Below, one piece after another: positions 6,782-18,900 of a stretch of DNA of 58,420 nucleotides. The position numbers and the translations under genes are program-made. The DNA is from a virus (Duplodnaviria > Caudoviricetes): positions 1 to 58,420 of IMG/VR virus record IMGVR_UViG_3300012936_000015; one strand, 5' to 3'. The notes beneath the pieces were generated by a model, which had not been told where the DNA came from, searched no databases, and saw only the letters and a list, made by a program, of their open reading frames with translations. Numbering within the stretch: position 1 is the stretch's first letter; every line of letters starts with the position of its first letter.

Positions 6782-9199
6782 ATGACACAAAACATCACTA
6801 TATTTAAAAACATAAGAGAAACAGCTACACCCTTTTATAGAGAGGTATCAGTTGTGTTAGATAGAATACAAGAAGGTTCATCAAAAGAACTTGTAAAAAA
6901 AATTAGATTAGAAAAAGATAAATCAACTCGTAACGAGCTGAAAAAAGATTTACCGGCTATATGTTTTTCAGGAAAGTTTAATAAAAGAAATGATAATTCA
7001 ATAGTAGAACACAGTGGAATTATATGTTTAGATTTTGATGGATATAAAAAACAGAAAGATTTATTATCAGACAAAGAGCAGATAAGTAAAAACAAACATG
7101 TGTATTCTGTTTTTATTAGTCCTTCTGGTAATGGCTTGAAAGTTTTAATTAAGATACCACAAGACGCAGATAATCACGTGCATTACTTTAATTCTTTAGA
7201 AAAGCATTTCTCTTCGCCTTACTTTGATAAGACTTGTAAAAATCTTAGCAGGGTGTGCTATGAAAGTTACGACCCATTAATATATATAAATGAAAACTCT
7301 TCGGTATGGGATGTAATAGAAGACATTGAATACACAGAAGTAAATGTTCATAGAGACCCACCAACTATTCCTATCACAGATGAAAATAAAATTGTAGACA
7401 TATTAATAAAGTGGTGGCAGAAAAAATACCCAATGGTAGAAGGACAAAGAAATCAGAATGTGTATGTTCTTGCTATGGCTTTCAATGATTATGGAATAAA
7501 TAAATCGTTAGCATCATACGTACTTAATAATTATGCAACACAAGACTTTAATTTAAATGAGATACAAAGAACTATAGACAGTGCATATTCTCACTCTCAA
7601 AACTTTGGAACTAAATACTATGAAGATGAAGAGAGACTTAATATTATTAAATCTAAATTAAGAAGAGGGGTAACTAAAAAAGAAATCAGAAGTCAGTTAG
7701 AAGAAACAAGCTTAGATGATAAGACCATAGAAGCAGTGCTAAACAAAGTAGAAGAAGAAAACAAACTGAAACAATTTTGGACTAAGAATGATAAAGGAGT
7801 TATTAAGATAGTGCATATACTATTCAAACACTTTTTAGAAGACAACGGGTTTTACAAGTATTGTCCAGAAGGTAGTAAGAACTATGTCTTTGTAAGGGTA
7901 ACCAATAACCTTATAGACCATACGTCCGAAAAAGAAATCAAAGACTTTATATTAGACCACTTAATACAATTAGATGATAGCTCTATATATAATTATTTTG
8001 CTGACCAAACAAGATTGTTTAGGGAAGAGTTCTTAACATTATTATCTACGATAGATATTTACTTTATAGCAGATACCAAAGACTATGCTTATTTATACTA
8101 CAAAAATTGTGCAGTTCAAATAAGTAAGAATGAAATAAAAACAATAGACTATTTAGATTTAGGAGGTTATGTATGGAAAGACCATATTATAAATAGAAAC
8201 TTTAATCTATGTGATTCTCAGGATTGTGATTATAAAAGGTTTGTTTACAATGTTTGTGGGCAGGATAAAGAAAGAACACTATCTATGGAGAGCACAATAG
8301 GGTATATGTTACACGGACATAAAAACTTATCTTATTGTCCCGCTATTATATTAAATGATGAGGTAATATCAGACAACCCAGAAGGTGGTACGGGTAAAGG
8401 AATCTTCATGAACGCATTAGCACAAATGAAAAAGGTGGTAACTATAGATGGTAAGTCTTTTGCTTTTGAAAGGTCATTCGCTTATCAGCTTGTATCAGCA
8501 GACACTCAGATATTAGTATTTGATGATGTAAAGAAACATTTTGATTTTGAAAGACTGTTCAGTGTGGTAACAGAAGGTTTGACCTTAGAAAAGAAAAATA
8601 AAGACGCGATTAAAATACCTTTTGCAAAGTCTCCTAAGATAGCTATAACTACTAACTATGCTATAAAAGGGGCGGGTAATTCTTTTGCTCGTAGAAAATG
8701 GGAATTGGAATTGCATCAACATTATAATAAATCATACACTCCCTTAGATGATTTTGGTAAGCTTTTGTTTGGTGATTGGGGAGATGAGGAATGGTGTCAG
8801 TTTGATAACTACATGATTGGTTGTTTGCAGAATTATCTAACATCAGGATTACATAAAAGTAAGTTTGTAAACCTTAAGGTTAGACAGTTATCGGCAGAAA
8901 CTTCTCACGATTTTATAGAATGGTGTGGACTTATTAGGGGTTCTCAACCCAACCCTAAGCTTGTGGTAGATGTTAAAAATTATAAACATCAATTATACTT
9001 AGAGTTTATAGAAGAGTACCCTGACTATGCACCCAAGGCAAAAATGACAATCTCCAGGACTCGGTTTTATAAGTGGTTAGTATCTTATGCTTTATTTAGA
9101 GAGGGCATACAACCCGAAGAGGGTAGAGATTCAGCAGGAAGGTGGATAAGAATAAGAAGTAAAAAAGAATTAGAAGTCCAAACAAATATAGAGTTTTAA
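6782..9199 (+). CDS. Primase-helicase (VirE-N/BT4734-like AEP domain, PriCT, P-loop helicase)
   Basis: KKDLP, HSGIICLDFD, FISPSGNGLK, DKTCKNLSRVCYESYDP; EGQRN PriCT motif; Walker A GGTGKG and Walker B LVFDD. Confidence 0.88.
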   Translation: MTQNITIFKNIRETATPFYREVSVVLDRIQEGSSKELVKKIRLEKDKSTRNELKKDLPAICFSGKFNKRNDNSIVEHSGIICLDFDGYKKQKDLLSDKEQISKNKHVYSVFISPSGNGLKVLIKIPQDADNHVHYFNSLEKHFSSPYFDKTCKNLSRVCYESYDPLIYINENSSVWDVIEDIEYTEVNVHRDPPTIPITDENKIVDILIKWWQKKYPMVEGQRNQNVYVLAMAFNDYGINKSLASYVLNNYATQDFNLNEIQRTIDSAYSHSQNFGTKYYEDEERLNIIKSKLRRGVTKKEIRSQLEETSLDDKTIEAVLNKVEEENKLKQFWTKNDKGVIKIVHILFKHFLEDNGFYKYCPEGSKNYVFVRVTNNLIDHTSEKEIKDFILDHLIQLDDSSIYNYFADQTRLFREEFLTLLSTIDIYFIADTKDYAYLYYKNCAVQISKNEIKTIDYLDLGGYVWKDHIINRNFNLCDSQDCDYKRFVYNVCGQDKERTLSMESTIGYMLHGHKNLSYCPAIILNDEVISDNPEGGTGKGIFMNALAQMKKVVTIDGKSFAFERSFAYQLVSADTQILVFDDVKKHFDFERLFSVVTEGLTLEKKNKDAIKIPFAKSPKIAITTNYAIKGAGNSFARRKWELELHQHYNKSYTPLDDFGKLLFGDWGDEEWCQFDNYMIGCLQNYLTSGLHKSKFVNLKVRQLSAETSHDFIEWCGLIRGSQPNPKLVVDVKNYKHQLYLEFIEEYPDYAPKAKMTISRTRFYKWLVSYALFREGIQPEEGRDSAGRWIRIRSKKELEVQTNIEF

Positions 9200-9200
9200 A

Positions 9201-9446
9201 ATGAAATGGAACTTACACAGAGCAATGCTCAACTCTTACTACGTAATCATTAGGGGATATGACCCTTACTTAATTATAACAAAGGGTGGAGGGTTCTTTG
9301 CTCATGACCCCACGGGTGATTTAGATAAAGAAGAGGTTGAGGGTGTTCTAATATATTTTGAAGAAGAAGAAGACTATGCTAAGTGTCAAGAAATAAATGA
9401 TTTTATAAAACAAAGATGGAGTTTAGAAAATACCAATCAGAAATAA
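9201..9446 (+). CDS. Hypothetical protein
   Basis: 81-aa ORF in the operon; C-terminal EDYAKCQEI resembles a UVR-like motif. Confidence 0.75.
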   Translation: MKWNLHRAMLNSYYVIIRGYDPYLIITKGGGFFAHDPTGDLDKEEVEGVLIYFEEEEDYAKCQEINDFIKQRWSLENTNQK

Positions 9447-10645
9447 TAGACAAAGGGGTAGGTGTGATATTAAAGCACGGCTTTCTATATTTAGCTATGG
9501 AGGTTAGAACAGGTAAGACATTAACAAGTTTAGGTATAGCTCAAAGCTTGTTTGTAAACAATGTACTGTTCATAACTAAAAAGAAAGCTATACGTTCTAT
9601 AGAAAGCGACTATCAAAAGTTATCTCCAAAATTTAAATTGGTAGTAATTAACTATGAGTCTCTTCATAAAGCACCGATAATTAAATGGGATATGGTTATT
9701 TGTGATGAGGCTCACAGTTTAGGGGCGTTTCCTAAACCAAATAAAAGAGCAAGGGCTGTAAAGGATATTATATTCAAAACACGTGCCAAAGTAATACTTT
9801 TGTCAGGTACTCCAACACCAGAGTCTTACAGTCAGTTATACCATCAAGTTTTTGGTATAATTAAAAACCCTTTTAATGATTGTGTAAACTTTTATAAGTT
9901 TGCTCACAAATACGTAAAGATAAAAGAAAGAAAAATAAATGGACTGTTTATAAGAGATTACTCTAATGGTACAGAACTCATTATAGATAAAATGAAACCA
10001 TACACTATAAACTTTTCTCAACAAGAAGCAGGGTTCAAAACAAAAATATCTGAGCAGGTTTTATATGTAGACATGGATGATATAACTTACGAAGTAAGCA
10101 GTAAACTAAAAAGAGACCGAGTAGTAGAGGGGGAAGAAGAAATTATTTTAGCAGACACACCGGTAAAGCTAATGATGAAGTTACATCAGTTGTATTCAGG
10201 AACTATAAAATTTGAGAGTGGTAACAATATGGTTTTAGATTATAGCAAGGCGAACTTTATAAAAAATAACTTTAGTGGTAGAAAGATAGCGGTCTTTTAT
10301 AAATTTAAAGCAGAGCTCGAGGCTTTGAAAATAATCTTTGGGGATGATATAACAACAGACCTAAGTGTCTTTAAAGAGACAAATAAAAACATAGCATTGC
10401 AAATAGTTAGTGGAAGAGAAGGTATATCTTTGAAAGAAGCAGAACACATAGTATATTACAATATAGACTTTAGTGCCACAAGTTATTGGCAGAGCCGTGA
10501 TAGAATGACAACAAAAAACAGAATGAAAAATAGTGTTTATTGGGTGTTTTCTAAGGGGGGCATTGAAGATGATATATATAAAGCGGTTACTAAGAAGAAG
10601 GATTACACCGTAAAACATTTTAAAAAGGATTTACTATCTTTGTAG
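9416..10645 (+). CDS. SF2 (SNF2-like) DNA helicase
   Basis: Q motif FRKYQ, RTGKT, DEAH, LSGTP, EGISL and QSRDR motifs. Confidence 0.9.
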   Translation: MEFRKYQSEIIDKGVGVILKHGFLYLAMEVRTGKTLTSLGIAQSLFVNNVLFITKKKAIRSIESDYQKLSPKFKLVVINYESLHKAPIIKWDMVICDEAHSLGAFPKPNKRARAVKDIIFKTRAKVILLSGTPTPESYSQLYHQVFGIIKNPFNDCVNFYKFAHKYVKIKERKINGLFIRDYSNGTELIIDKMKPYTINFSQQEAGFKTKISEQVLYVDMDDITYEVSSKLKRDRVVEGEEEIILADTPVKLMMKLHQLYSGTIKFESGNNMVLDYSKANFIKNNFSGRKIAVFYKFKAELEALKIIFGDDITTDLSVFKETNKNIALQIVSGREGISLKEAEHIVYYNIDFSATSYWQSRDRMTTKNRMKNSVYWVFSKGGIEDDIYKAVTKKKDYTVKHFKKDLLSL

Positions 10646-10647
10646 TT

Positions 10648-10887
10648 ATGACTGAACAGCAGATACAATCTAAAAGAATCAAGCAGTTAGAGTCAGAAGG
10701 GTATTATGTTATCAAGCTAACAACTACAAATAAAAACGGAATACCCGATTTATTAGCAATACCAAAAGATAGTAAAGTTTTATTCGTTGAGGTTAAGAAG
10801 CCTGGGGGTAAGCTTTCTAAGTTACAGGAATATAGAATTAAAGAATTAAAAAAACATGGAATTCGAACCGAAATATATAGAGGATAA
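10648..10887 (+). CDS. VRR-NUC / Holliday-junction-resolvase-like nuclease
   Basis: EQQIQ, GIPDLL and FVEVKKPGGKLSKLQ motifs. Confidence 0.88.
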   Translation: MTEQQIQSKRIKQLESEGYYVIKLTTTNKNGIPDLLAIPKDSKVLFVEVKKPGGKLSKLQEYRIKELKKHGIRTEIYRG

Positions 10888-11173
10888 AGATATTAAGTGT
10901 AGATTTGACGACTACTTTATAGACGAGCTTATCACATTACCGTATGATGCGGCCATTGGAATTATGGATGCGGTTAAAAAAAACTCACACCTTTTGCCAG
11001 AGAAAAATGATTGGTCACAATTGGTAGCGGGTGTTATAAAAGGAAAGTCTCCTTTCTTTTTTGAATTAGAATACATAAAAGAAAAAGGACAAGACCCCAT
11101 CTATTTGGATGTGTTAGAAATAAATTGTGACGATTATTTAGATTATATAAACTTAAATCAATATTTAAAATGA
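10856..11173 (+). CDS. Hypothetical acidic protein
   Basis: 105-aa ORF overlapping both neighbours. Confidence 0.75.
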   Translation: MEFEPKYIEDKDIKCRFDDYFIDELITLPYDAAIGIMDAVKKNSHLLPEKNDWSQLVAGVIKGKSPFFFELEYIKEKGQDPIYLDVLEINCDDYLDYINLNQYLK

Positions 11174-11610
11174 AATTAACTGCTGAAGCACAAAGTGCAA
11201 AACAAATGGTAGAAAGAAGATATAACGTAAAACTACTTACTCGTTGTAGAACGTCACCTTATATAAAAGCCAGGTGCATGTTTTCAAAGTTATTATTTAA
11301 AAAGGGATATGGTTGTTTTGCTATAAGTAAAATGCTAAACCTAACCCACGCTACTGTATTAAATTACTTCAATAACTTCAATTGGTTTTACAAAACAGAT
11401 AAAGAATTTGCTGAAAGTTATGAACAATTTTATGAACAAATGCGTAATTCCTCTATAGTTTATACCGAAATGAACGAGTTTGAGTTAAAAAAAGAACTAC
11501 TTTTATTACAATCAGAGATAAAAAACCTATATTTACGCAACCGGGAGCTAGAAAACCAAAATAAAAAACTCAAAGAAAGCAAGGTTATGTATATAGAAAG
11601 TAGAATGTAA
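11170..11610 (+). CDS. Second DnaA domain IV-like HTH protein with a C-terminal coiled coil
   Basis: RCRTSPYIKARCMF...ISKMLNLTHATVLNY pattern. Confidence 0.7.
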   Translation: MKLTAEAQSAKQMVERRYNVKLLTRCRTSPYIKARCMFSKLLFKKGYGCFAISKMLNLTHATVLNYFNNFNWFYKTDKEFAESYEQFYEQMRNSSIVYTEMNEFELKKELLLLQSEIKNLYLRNRELENQNKKLKESKVMYIESRM

Positions 11611-11620
11611 TAAATTTATA

Positions 11621-11815
11621 ATGTCTAAAAAACCAAATGCAGTCGAAAGAAATAGACTAACTTACATTAATAATTTAATGGAGGAGGTCAACTCTGCTAC
11701 TGTCCAGGTTTATGAACATTTCGTAGATAAAGAATATACTGAAGCAAAGCACGCTACTTACAATTTAATTAAAAGACTTAAAGAAGTCATTCAATCCTTA
11801 GAAGATGAAGTTTAA
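11621..11815 (+). CDS. Hypothetical protein
   Basis: 64-aa ORF overlapping the next start. Confidence 0.7.
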   Translation: MSKKPNAVERNRLTYINNLMEEVNSATVQVYEHFVDKEYTEAKHATYNLIKRLKEVIQSLEDEV

Positions 11816-12524
11816 CTCAGATTTTCGTCCTCGTTTGAAGGGCAACAAAAAAAAAGCTTTTGATTATTTCACCAAAGATGAAAGAAGAATATTAGTGATA
11901 GGAGATATACATGCTCCTTTTGTTTTAAATGGATACCTGGAGTTTTGTCAAGAGGCTTATGCTAATCACAATTGTAATCAAGTAATTTTTATAGGGGACA
12001 TTTTAGATAACCACTATAGTTCTTTCCATCAGACCGACCCGAATGGTATGGGAGGGGGTCAAGAGCTTGAGCACGCTATCACCATAGTTCAAGAGTGGTA
12101 CAAAGCTTTTCCTGTGGCTGATGTGCTTATCGGTAACCATGACCGCATCATAATGAGGAAGGCTGTAGATTCAGATGTACCTAAACAATGGATTAAAAGT
12201 TATAACGAAGTTTTGGGAGTTGATTGGAATTGGACTGAAAGAATAGTATATGATGGTGTTCAATATGTTCATGGAGAAGGAGGTACTGCGCGTACAAAAG
12301 CAAAGAACGATATGATGTCAACCGTACAGGGTCATATACACACCCAATGTTACACGGAGTGGTTAGTGGGTAGAAACTTTAGAGTGTTTGGTATGCAGGT
12401 GGGATGTGGGATTGACGCAAAGTCTTATGCAGCAGCTTACGCAAAACATTTTAAAAGACAAGCCATCGGTTGTGGGGTGGTGTTGGGTGGACACACCGCT
12501 ATAAATTGCCTAATGAAGCTATGA
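11805..12524 (+). CDS. Calcineurin-like metallophosphoesterase
   Basis: GDIH, GDILD, GNHD, HG and GHIH motifs. Confidence 0.92.
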   Translation: MKFNSDFRPRLKGNKKKAFDYFTKDERRILVIGDIHAPFVLNGYLEFCQEAYANHNCNQVIFIGDILDNHYSSFHQTDPNGMGGGQELEHAITIVQEWYKAFPVADVLIGNHDRIIMRKAVDSDVPKQWIKSYNEVLGVDWNWTERIVYDGVQYVHGEGGTARTKAKNDMMSTVQGHIHTQCYTEWLVGRNFRVFGMQVGCGIDAKSYAAAYAKHFKRQAIGCGVVLGGHTAINCLMKL

Positions 12525-12934
12525 GATTTGAAACACAAGAAGATTTGTCGCGAGAAACAAAAGCGATAGAAAGATTTGTTAGACTGTTCAAAGGGACATA
12601 CAAAAAGCTAGGGCCTAATGATATTGATTTCCGCGTATTTGATAAAGACAAGAAAATTATAGCTTATGTGGAAGTAAAAGGTAAAAGCAGTTGGATAAAA
12701 AACGCTTTTCCTTTATACGTGGCCGCGAGAAAACTTGTAAAGCTTTGTGATAAAAGACTTAACCCTGTAGTTATGTGGGCTTGTAATGATGGTATCATAT
12801 ACGGAAAAGTACCAGAGCTTGTAGGTGAAATGAGATGGGGCGGAAGAAAAGATGTGCGAGACGAAAGTGTAAATGACCAAGAGCTCATGGTGTATTTTGA
12901 ATCTCAAAAAAACTTTAAGTATCTAAAGTATTAG
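12521..12934 (+). CDS. PD-(D/E)XK-family nuclease-like protein
   Basis: IDF...YVEVK motif; ATG at 12521 overlaps the upstream stop (ATGA). Confidence 0.65.
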   Translation: MRFETQEDLSRETKAIERFVRLFKGTYKKLGPNDIDFRVFDKDKKIIAYVEVKGKSSWIKNAFPLYVAARKLVKLCDKRLNPVVMWACNDGIIYGKVPELVGEMRWGGRKDVRDESVNDQELMVYFESQKNFKYLKY

Positions 12935-12938
12935 GAGT

Positions 12939-15900
12939 TTATTTTCTTTTAACTCCACCTCTTCTGCCGGTGCTCTTTCTACTACCACCACCTGTACTTC
13001 TGCTTTTTTTTCTACTTGCGTTTGGTCGATAAGAAGGACTGACACCTATAACATCATAGAAAGCTTCTTCACTAACTTCTCCTTGTTGAATTAATGTTCT
13101 AATAGGAAAATTAATATCTACACCGTCACCCTCTACACTTAACTGAAAGAATGGGTCAAATTGAAACCCTACCGCAAGCTCCGCTAAACTTTCTATTGTT
13201 TTAGCTCCCTTTTGTAGGGTGGATAAATCATCATTGGTCATAAACTTAAGGGTTTGGGTCATTACTCTGTTTAATGGGTTTACACCCTCTTGTACTTGTC
13301 TTGGGTTTTTCCCATCTATTTTATCAACAGCAAACTCTAGCGTGCCTCCTATAAGGGGTATTTGAGTAATAAGATTCATTCCCTTCATTGCTTTGCTCAT
13401 TTGTTCTAAAACCTCTTCTTTGTCTTCATCTTCCCCTTTGGTGTATTTAAATATGTTGGCCATAGCTACAAACAAAACGTTTGCTACACCCAAGTTTAAA
13501 ACTAAAGCTCTAATAGCATTAGAATCAACAGTACCTTTAGATGCCGCTCTATAAATATTAGTCATGCCCATATACACCTTGTTCATTTGTAGAAATAGGG
13601 TGCTACCAAACATAGTAAAAAATCTATTTGCAAAACCTGTTTTCATTTGTAATGGAATTTTTTCTGTTCCACCCCTTGTTTGCTGTGTTAATTCATAGTT
13701 TTCAAAAATTTCTGCTGCTACATCAGGGTCTACTCCTGCTCGTATATCAGCATTATAATTAGCCATATAACCCATAATACCCATAACATCACCTAACATG
13801 GTTGGAGAGCCCATAGCGGTTTTAAAAGCTCTTAAAAAGTCTCCCATACGTGTTTCCTTTTGACTAACACTACGGTCTACCGGACTACCAGACACTAAAC
13901 CATACAGGTCTCCCTCTAAACCCTTTTGAACCCTGTCTCTGAACACGGGGCTTAATTTATAGGCTTTTTGCAATTGCTTAGGAAGCGTTAGCATTATATA
14001 ACCCATGTCTGCCATAAAGGCAAGCAACTCAACAGGAGTAAGGGCCAAATCTAAAAGTTTAGTAGCACGGCTTTGTTTTTCTATTGGGGTTCTACTTCTA
14101 ATAAATTTATAATCTTCGAAAGCGTTAAAAAAAGATGAGGCTTGTTTAGGTATCTGCATCAACCTAAAGGCTAGAGCATAAGAAGTAAATTTGGTTTGTA
14201 GTTTTTCAAGAAAAGTCATTTGTCCGTCACTAATTGAGTCAGGATTAACGGCAAAGTTTATAGCTTGTTTTATACCTCTACCCAAACCGCTTGCGTCTAA
14301 TAAAACTTTTACTGCCGGTGTGTTAATAATAGCCGTTAAGTCTTTAACCCCTAACGCATAAGCCTTATAGTGCTCCATGCTGTTGACGTGATTTGTTAGA
14401 GTATCTAAAAAACCAACCCCTATTTTAACCTCACCTGTCTTATTGTTTCTTTCTTTTAGAGCCGAGTGTGTTTCGTCTGTAAATATGTTGCTAAAATTAC
14501 CCTTTATTAAAAGCTCTTCACTAGCTGATTTTCTCTCAAGTGTTTGGGTTGGAAAATAATTTTCTACATAATCTAAACTAATATCATTAGATTCCTTGTA
14601 AACCTTATTAACGCTATCAAAGTATTCGGTGCTTAAAAACTCAACTATCTTGTCAGCAAACTCTATGGTTTGAGGACCTAGTATTTTTTTTATTTCATCT
14701 ATTTTTTCGGGAGTAAAACCTTGCCTCTCAAGCTTAGCCCTTTGAACATCATTTTTACTTAAAGCATATATACGTAACAATTCGTCACCACTAAGCCGTA
14801 GAGTTTTCCCTTTTACATTTAAATCTATAATTCCAATGTAAAGCTTTTTCCTTATTTCTTTGTATCCTTTTGTTATACCAGGGATAGAGTTAGCTATTTC
14901 ATCAAATTTTTTATTTACCTTTTCAATTCCCAACAATTGATTTCTACGCATCTTTCTAAGTGGTTTGTAAATGTTGTTGTTGAAAAAGTTTTTACCTTCC
15001 AAGCTTCTGTCTAATATTTCAGTTAGCGTACCTAAGTGTGCAAGATATGTTTTAAAAAAGTCTCTTATACCTATAATGCTATCAAATTTTAAATTCAACT
15101 TTTTAAGGTATTCTTTTAAGTTTTTGTATAGTTTTTTATCTTTAAATATTTGGTTAATACTAGCCCTGTCTTGGTTTAACTCATTTTGATTTTTAGGAAT
15201 CTTATTACCGTCTTTGTCAGTTGTAAATAACTCTGGATATGTTTCTTCTATTTGTTTTGTTGCTTGCTCACTTAATCTCTCTTGTTTAGTAGCTCTCTCT
15301 AATCTTTTTAGTTGTAGTCTTCCAATAGATTCTGCCCTAGCTTCCTCTAATATTTTTAACTTAGCTTGTACTTCTTCCATACTCGCTGACATTATATCAC
15401 CTACAGTGTCAAAAGCTTTTATTTTATTAAGCATAGCTTGCTCTCTATCAGTCAGGGTTTCAGGATTGTTTAGGGCTTTTGATATTAACTCAGACTCAGT
15501 TATTTGAAGTTGGTTAAAAATAGTTTCAGGACTTATGTCGTTTTTAATTTTTTGAATCTCCGCATTTCTAGTATCACTATCTGAAATTAGGGCAACTTTT
15601 AATATATTATTTACTTGCTTGAAAAAGTCACGACCTATTGCATCCAAACCTTTACTAACCTTTCTACCTCCCGGTGTAACCGCAGCAGCAGCCTTTTTCC
15701 TTACCAACTTTTTAATTTTTTCTATTAGTTGATTTTTGATTTTAGATTTTTGTTTATCAATAATCTTCATTACCTCCTCTGTTTTAGCCACGTAATTTTG
15801 AGGGGTGAGGTCTGTTATTCTTTTTAATAATGAGTTTATCTGAGTTTGACTATAAGTTTCAGACTTAGGTAAAACTTTTCTAATAAGAGTACGCAATTGG

Positions 15901-18900
15901 TTTTGTAGACTCTTTATATCTTTTACTGCTAGTTTTTTATTCTTTATAATGTTTTTAATAGCACTTATTTCCTTTTGAATAGTTGGGTTAGATGTTATCC
16001 TTAAACTATTATCTAAGGCTACCTGCATAGCCATTTGAGTGTCTTTATTTTGTTTTTGATATAACTCACTTTCTTTTAATAATCTTTGCGCTTCTGCTCT
16101 TACGTCAGCATAGGTTCTAACTCTTCTTGCTCTTCTTTTACCTTCTGAAGTGGTGTAAGCAAATTTGTTGAGCTTGTTTTTTATCTCATTAAATAATCTA
16201 AAACCTTCTATAGCCCCACCGTCTATGTTTGTAAATTCAGTTGGTAATGTAACGTTTTCATCTACTTGTATTCTAAGAGCTTCATTTATATCTCTAGCCT
16301 TAAACCCTCTTGATTGCAAAACACTCTTAATAGATGCGTCTGATATGCCTTGTTGTCTTCCCTTATTAACTATATCAATAATAGAATCTGTAGAACTAAA
16401 CATAACATCAGGATTCTTTAATTGTATAAGTTGCTTATCAGTAAGCTTTATTTCTTTACCAGAAAATATATCTGCTAAAGCTGTTCCTAAAAACGTGTCG
16501 AGTGTCATGTTCTCAATATCGCTTACAGTTAAATCTTTGGACATCTTAAATTGAGACTTGATGTAAGTCCACATTCCTTGCAACCAATTTTTAAATTTAG
16601 AAATTAAACTAGCACTTGCAATATCTTCTCCCTTGTTAGCTATAAGTATAGCCATAGTTTCATTTACAGCACGCTTTACATCACCATTAAATTTACGTAG
16701 TTGTTTTTTGTAAAGCTGAGTCTGCATAACAAGCTCAGTACCCTTTTTGTAAATCTCTCTACCCTTTTCAGTAGTTTGTAGGTAATTTGTCCACACGTGT
16801 CCAAACTCGTGAATAGATGTATTAAAGAGTTCTGATTGACTATTATGTACTTCAGGGTTTATCCATATATCTCCATCCACGGTAACACCATAATAAGTGA
16901 CACCATCTCTGGTATAGTTTCTAACATCTTGTCTATTTATTACATTGTTAAAAGCCTCTTGTGTTGAACTTATGTTTACTGAAGGAAAAGACTTATTCAT
17001 AAAAGCCAACAGTTGTGTGTTGTTGTTTACAGGGTCACCCTCTGTAACTAAACCACTAATAACTTTCATAATCTCACTTGATGTTAAAGGGCCGTAAATA
17101 TTATAAGCTTGATTGACAGCATCAACCAACATTTTTTCATCTTTAAAACTAAATTGAGTTTCACCCATAACCTGCCTTTCTTTGTTTCTTAATACTTGCA
17201 TACTAGGGCTTTTTCGCATTGTGGGCTTTCTCCTTGTAGTTTTTCCTTTTTCTTCTAAAGCAGACCATGTTCTTTCTGCTCTTTCCGAAGTGTAGTTTTT
17301 ATCAGACTTTAAAGGTTGGTTATATGTTTCTTGCACGTAATCATTAGCAGATTCATACATTTGTTGACCCAACCCTAAACCTTGTAGTTCCGGATGTATT
17401 TCTGAAATAGTAACCGTTCCATTTTCTTTGCTCATCTCAATTCCCTCTTTACCAGAAACCATTTCTAATCTACCAACCAACTGACCATCGGCATGTAAAA
17501 ACACACGAGTTTTAAAAGGATTTACTTGATAGAAGTCTCTTTGCTCTTTGGTCATTTTACTCCCGTCCATTACCAAAAACTTAACCTCTGTTTCTTTGTT
17601 CTTTATTCGCTCAACTAAATCAGCATCCAATTCAAAAGATGGATTGTTGTTTTTAAATATACCGGTGGTAAACATCATACCACCACGGCTTCTTTCTGGA
17701 GATAGTTGATTAACTAAATTATTAAAAGCGTTTTGAATACCACCCTCCACCGGAGCTCTCTTCATTTTGGGAGTGTTAGATTTTTGTTGACTTTTAAACT
17801 CAACGAACTCTGCATTATCATCTATCTTTCCTTCTGTTTTAAACTCAACGTTTGTACCTCTATTTTCTCTTTTTATTCGAGCTATTTCTTTTCTATTTTC
17901 TCTCTTTGCTTCTTTAATGTCTTCTTTATAAGATTCAATTTCCGACTTAGCTTCTTCTCTTAATTCTATTTTATCGTCTCTTGTTAATCCTTTCTTAGCA
18001 AGGTCTTGTTTTAATTGTTGTTGGACTGAAGCGATTTCATTATTTAAATCCTCAATTTGACCATCAAGATTAGCATTTGCCTCATCAATTAATTGTTGAT
18101 TATTTAAATTAGCCTGAGTTTGTGTGTCTTCCTGTAAGCTTTTTTCTAAATCAACAACCCCTTGCATATCACTTTCTATCTCTGCTAACCTGCTTTCGTT
18201 TTCTGTAGCTAACTGTTTTTGAAAAGGGGTTAGCTTTTTATTGTTCATGTTTTTATTAGCAATCTCTGCAAGTAAACTATCTAGCCTTTCATTCTCTAAC
18301 TCGTTATTAGCATATCTATTTTTATCTGTACGCGTAGCTTTTGCCGGTGTTGGAATAGCCGGAGTTTCAGTTTCTACTTCAACCTCTTGCTCTTGGACTT
18401 GAGTAGTTTCGCTTTCAGGGGTAGTTTCTTGTTGGGTGTCTCTTGTTCCCATTGTTGCGCCATCTGTGGTTTGTTCGCCCACATCCACGCTCTCTGTTTT
18501 TGACTCTTGAATGGCATCGTCTAATATTTTTTTACGTTTATTATTTAATAAGTTTTTTACCTCGTTGTCGTTTGACACTACAGCATTTTCTAATTGACTA
18601 TCGGTCATTTTATCTAAGTCTCTTACAAACTGAGCCTTGGTTCTCATTTTACCATCAATCATGTAAACTGCTTTTCTTGATGGTTGTGATTGAACATCTC
18701 TTAAGGCATTTACATTTATGCCGTCTTTAACAATATTACCACTGTTTACTATCTGTGCTAACTCAGCATCTATATCTGCTATGGTGTTAGTGTTGATTTG
18801 TTTTAAATTATTAGTTCTTGAAAGGTCAGACTTAGCACTTAATAATTCCATAACTCGACTCACCGTTTTGTTAGATGCGTTTTTGCCTAACATCTCTTTA

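Noticed and set aside
1145-12907. Short - strand ORFs and nested + strand ORFs from the track (e.g. 1291-1593, 6835-7095, 10361-10618, 12664-12888)
   Set aside because: Shadows of well-supported + strand genes, without leaders or motifs.
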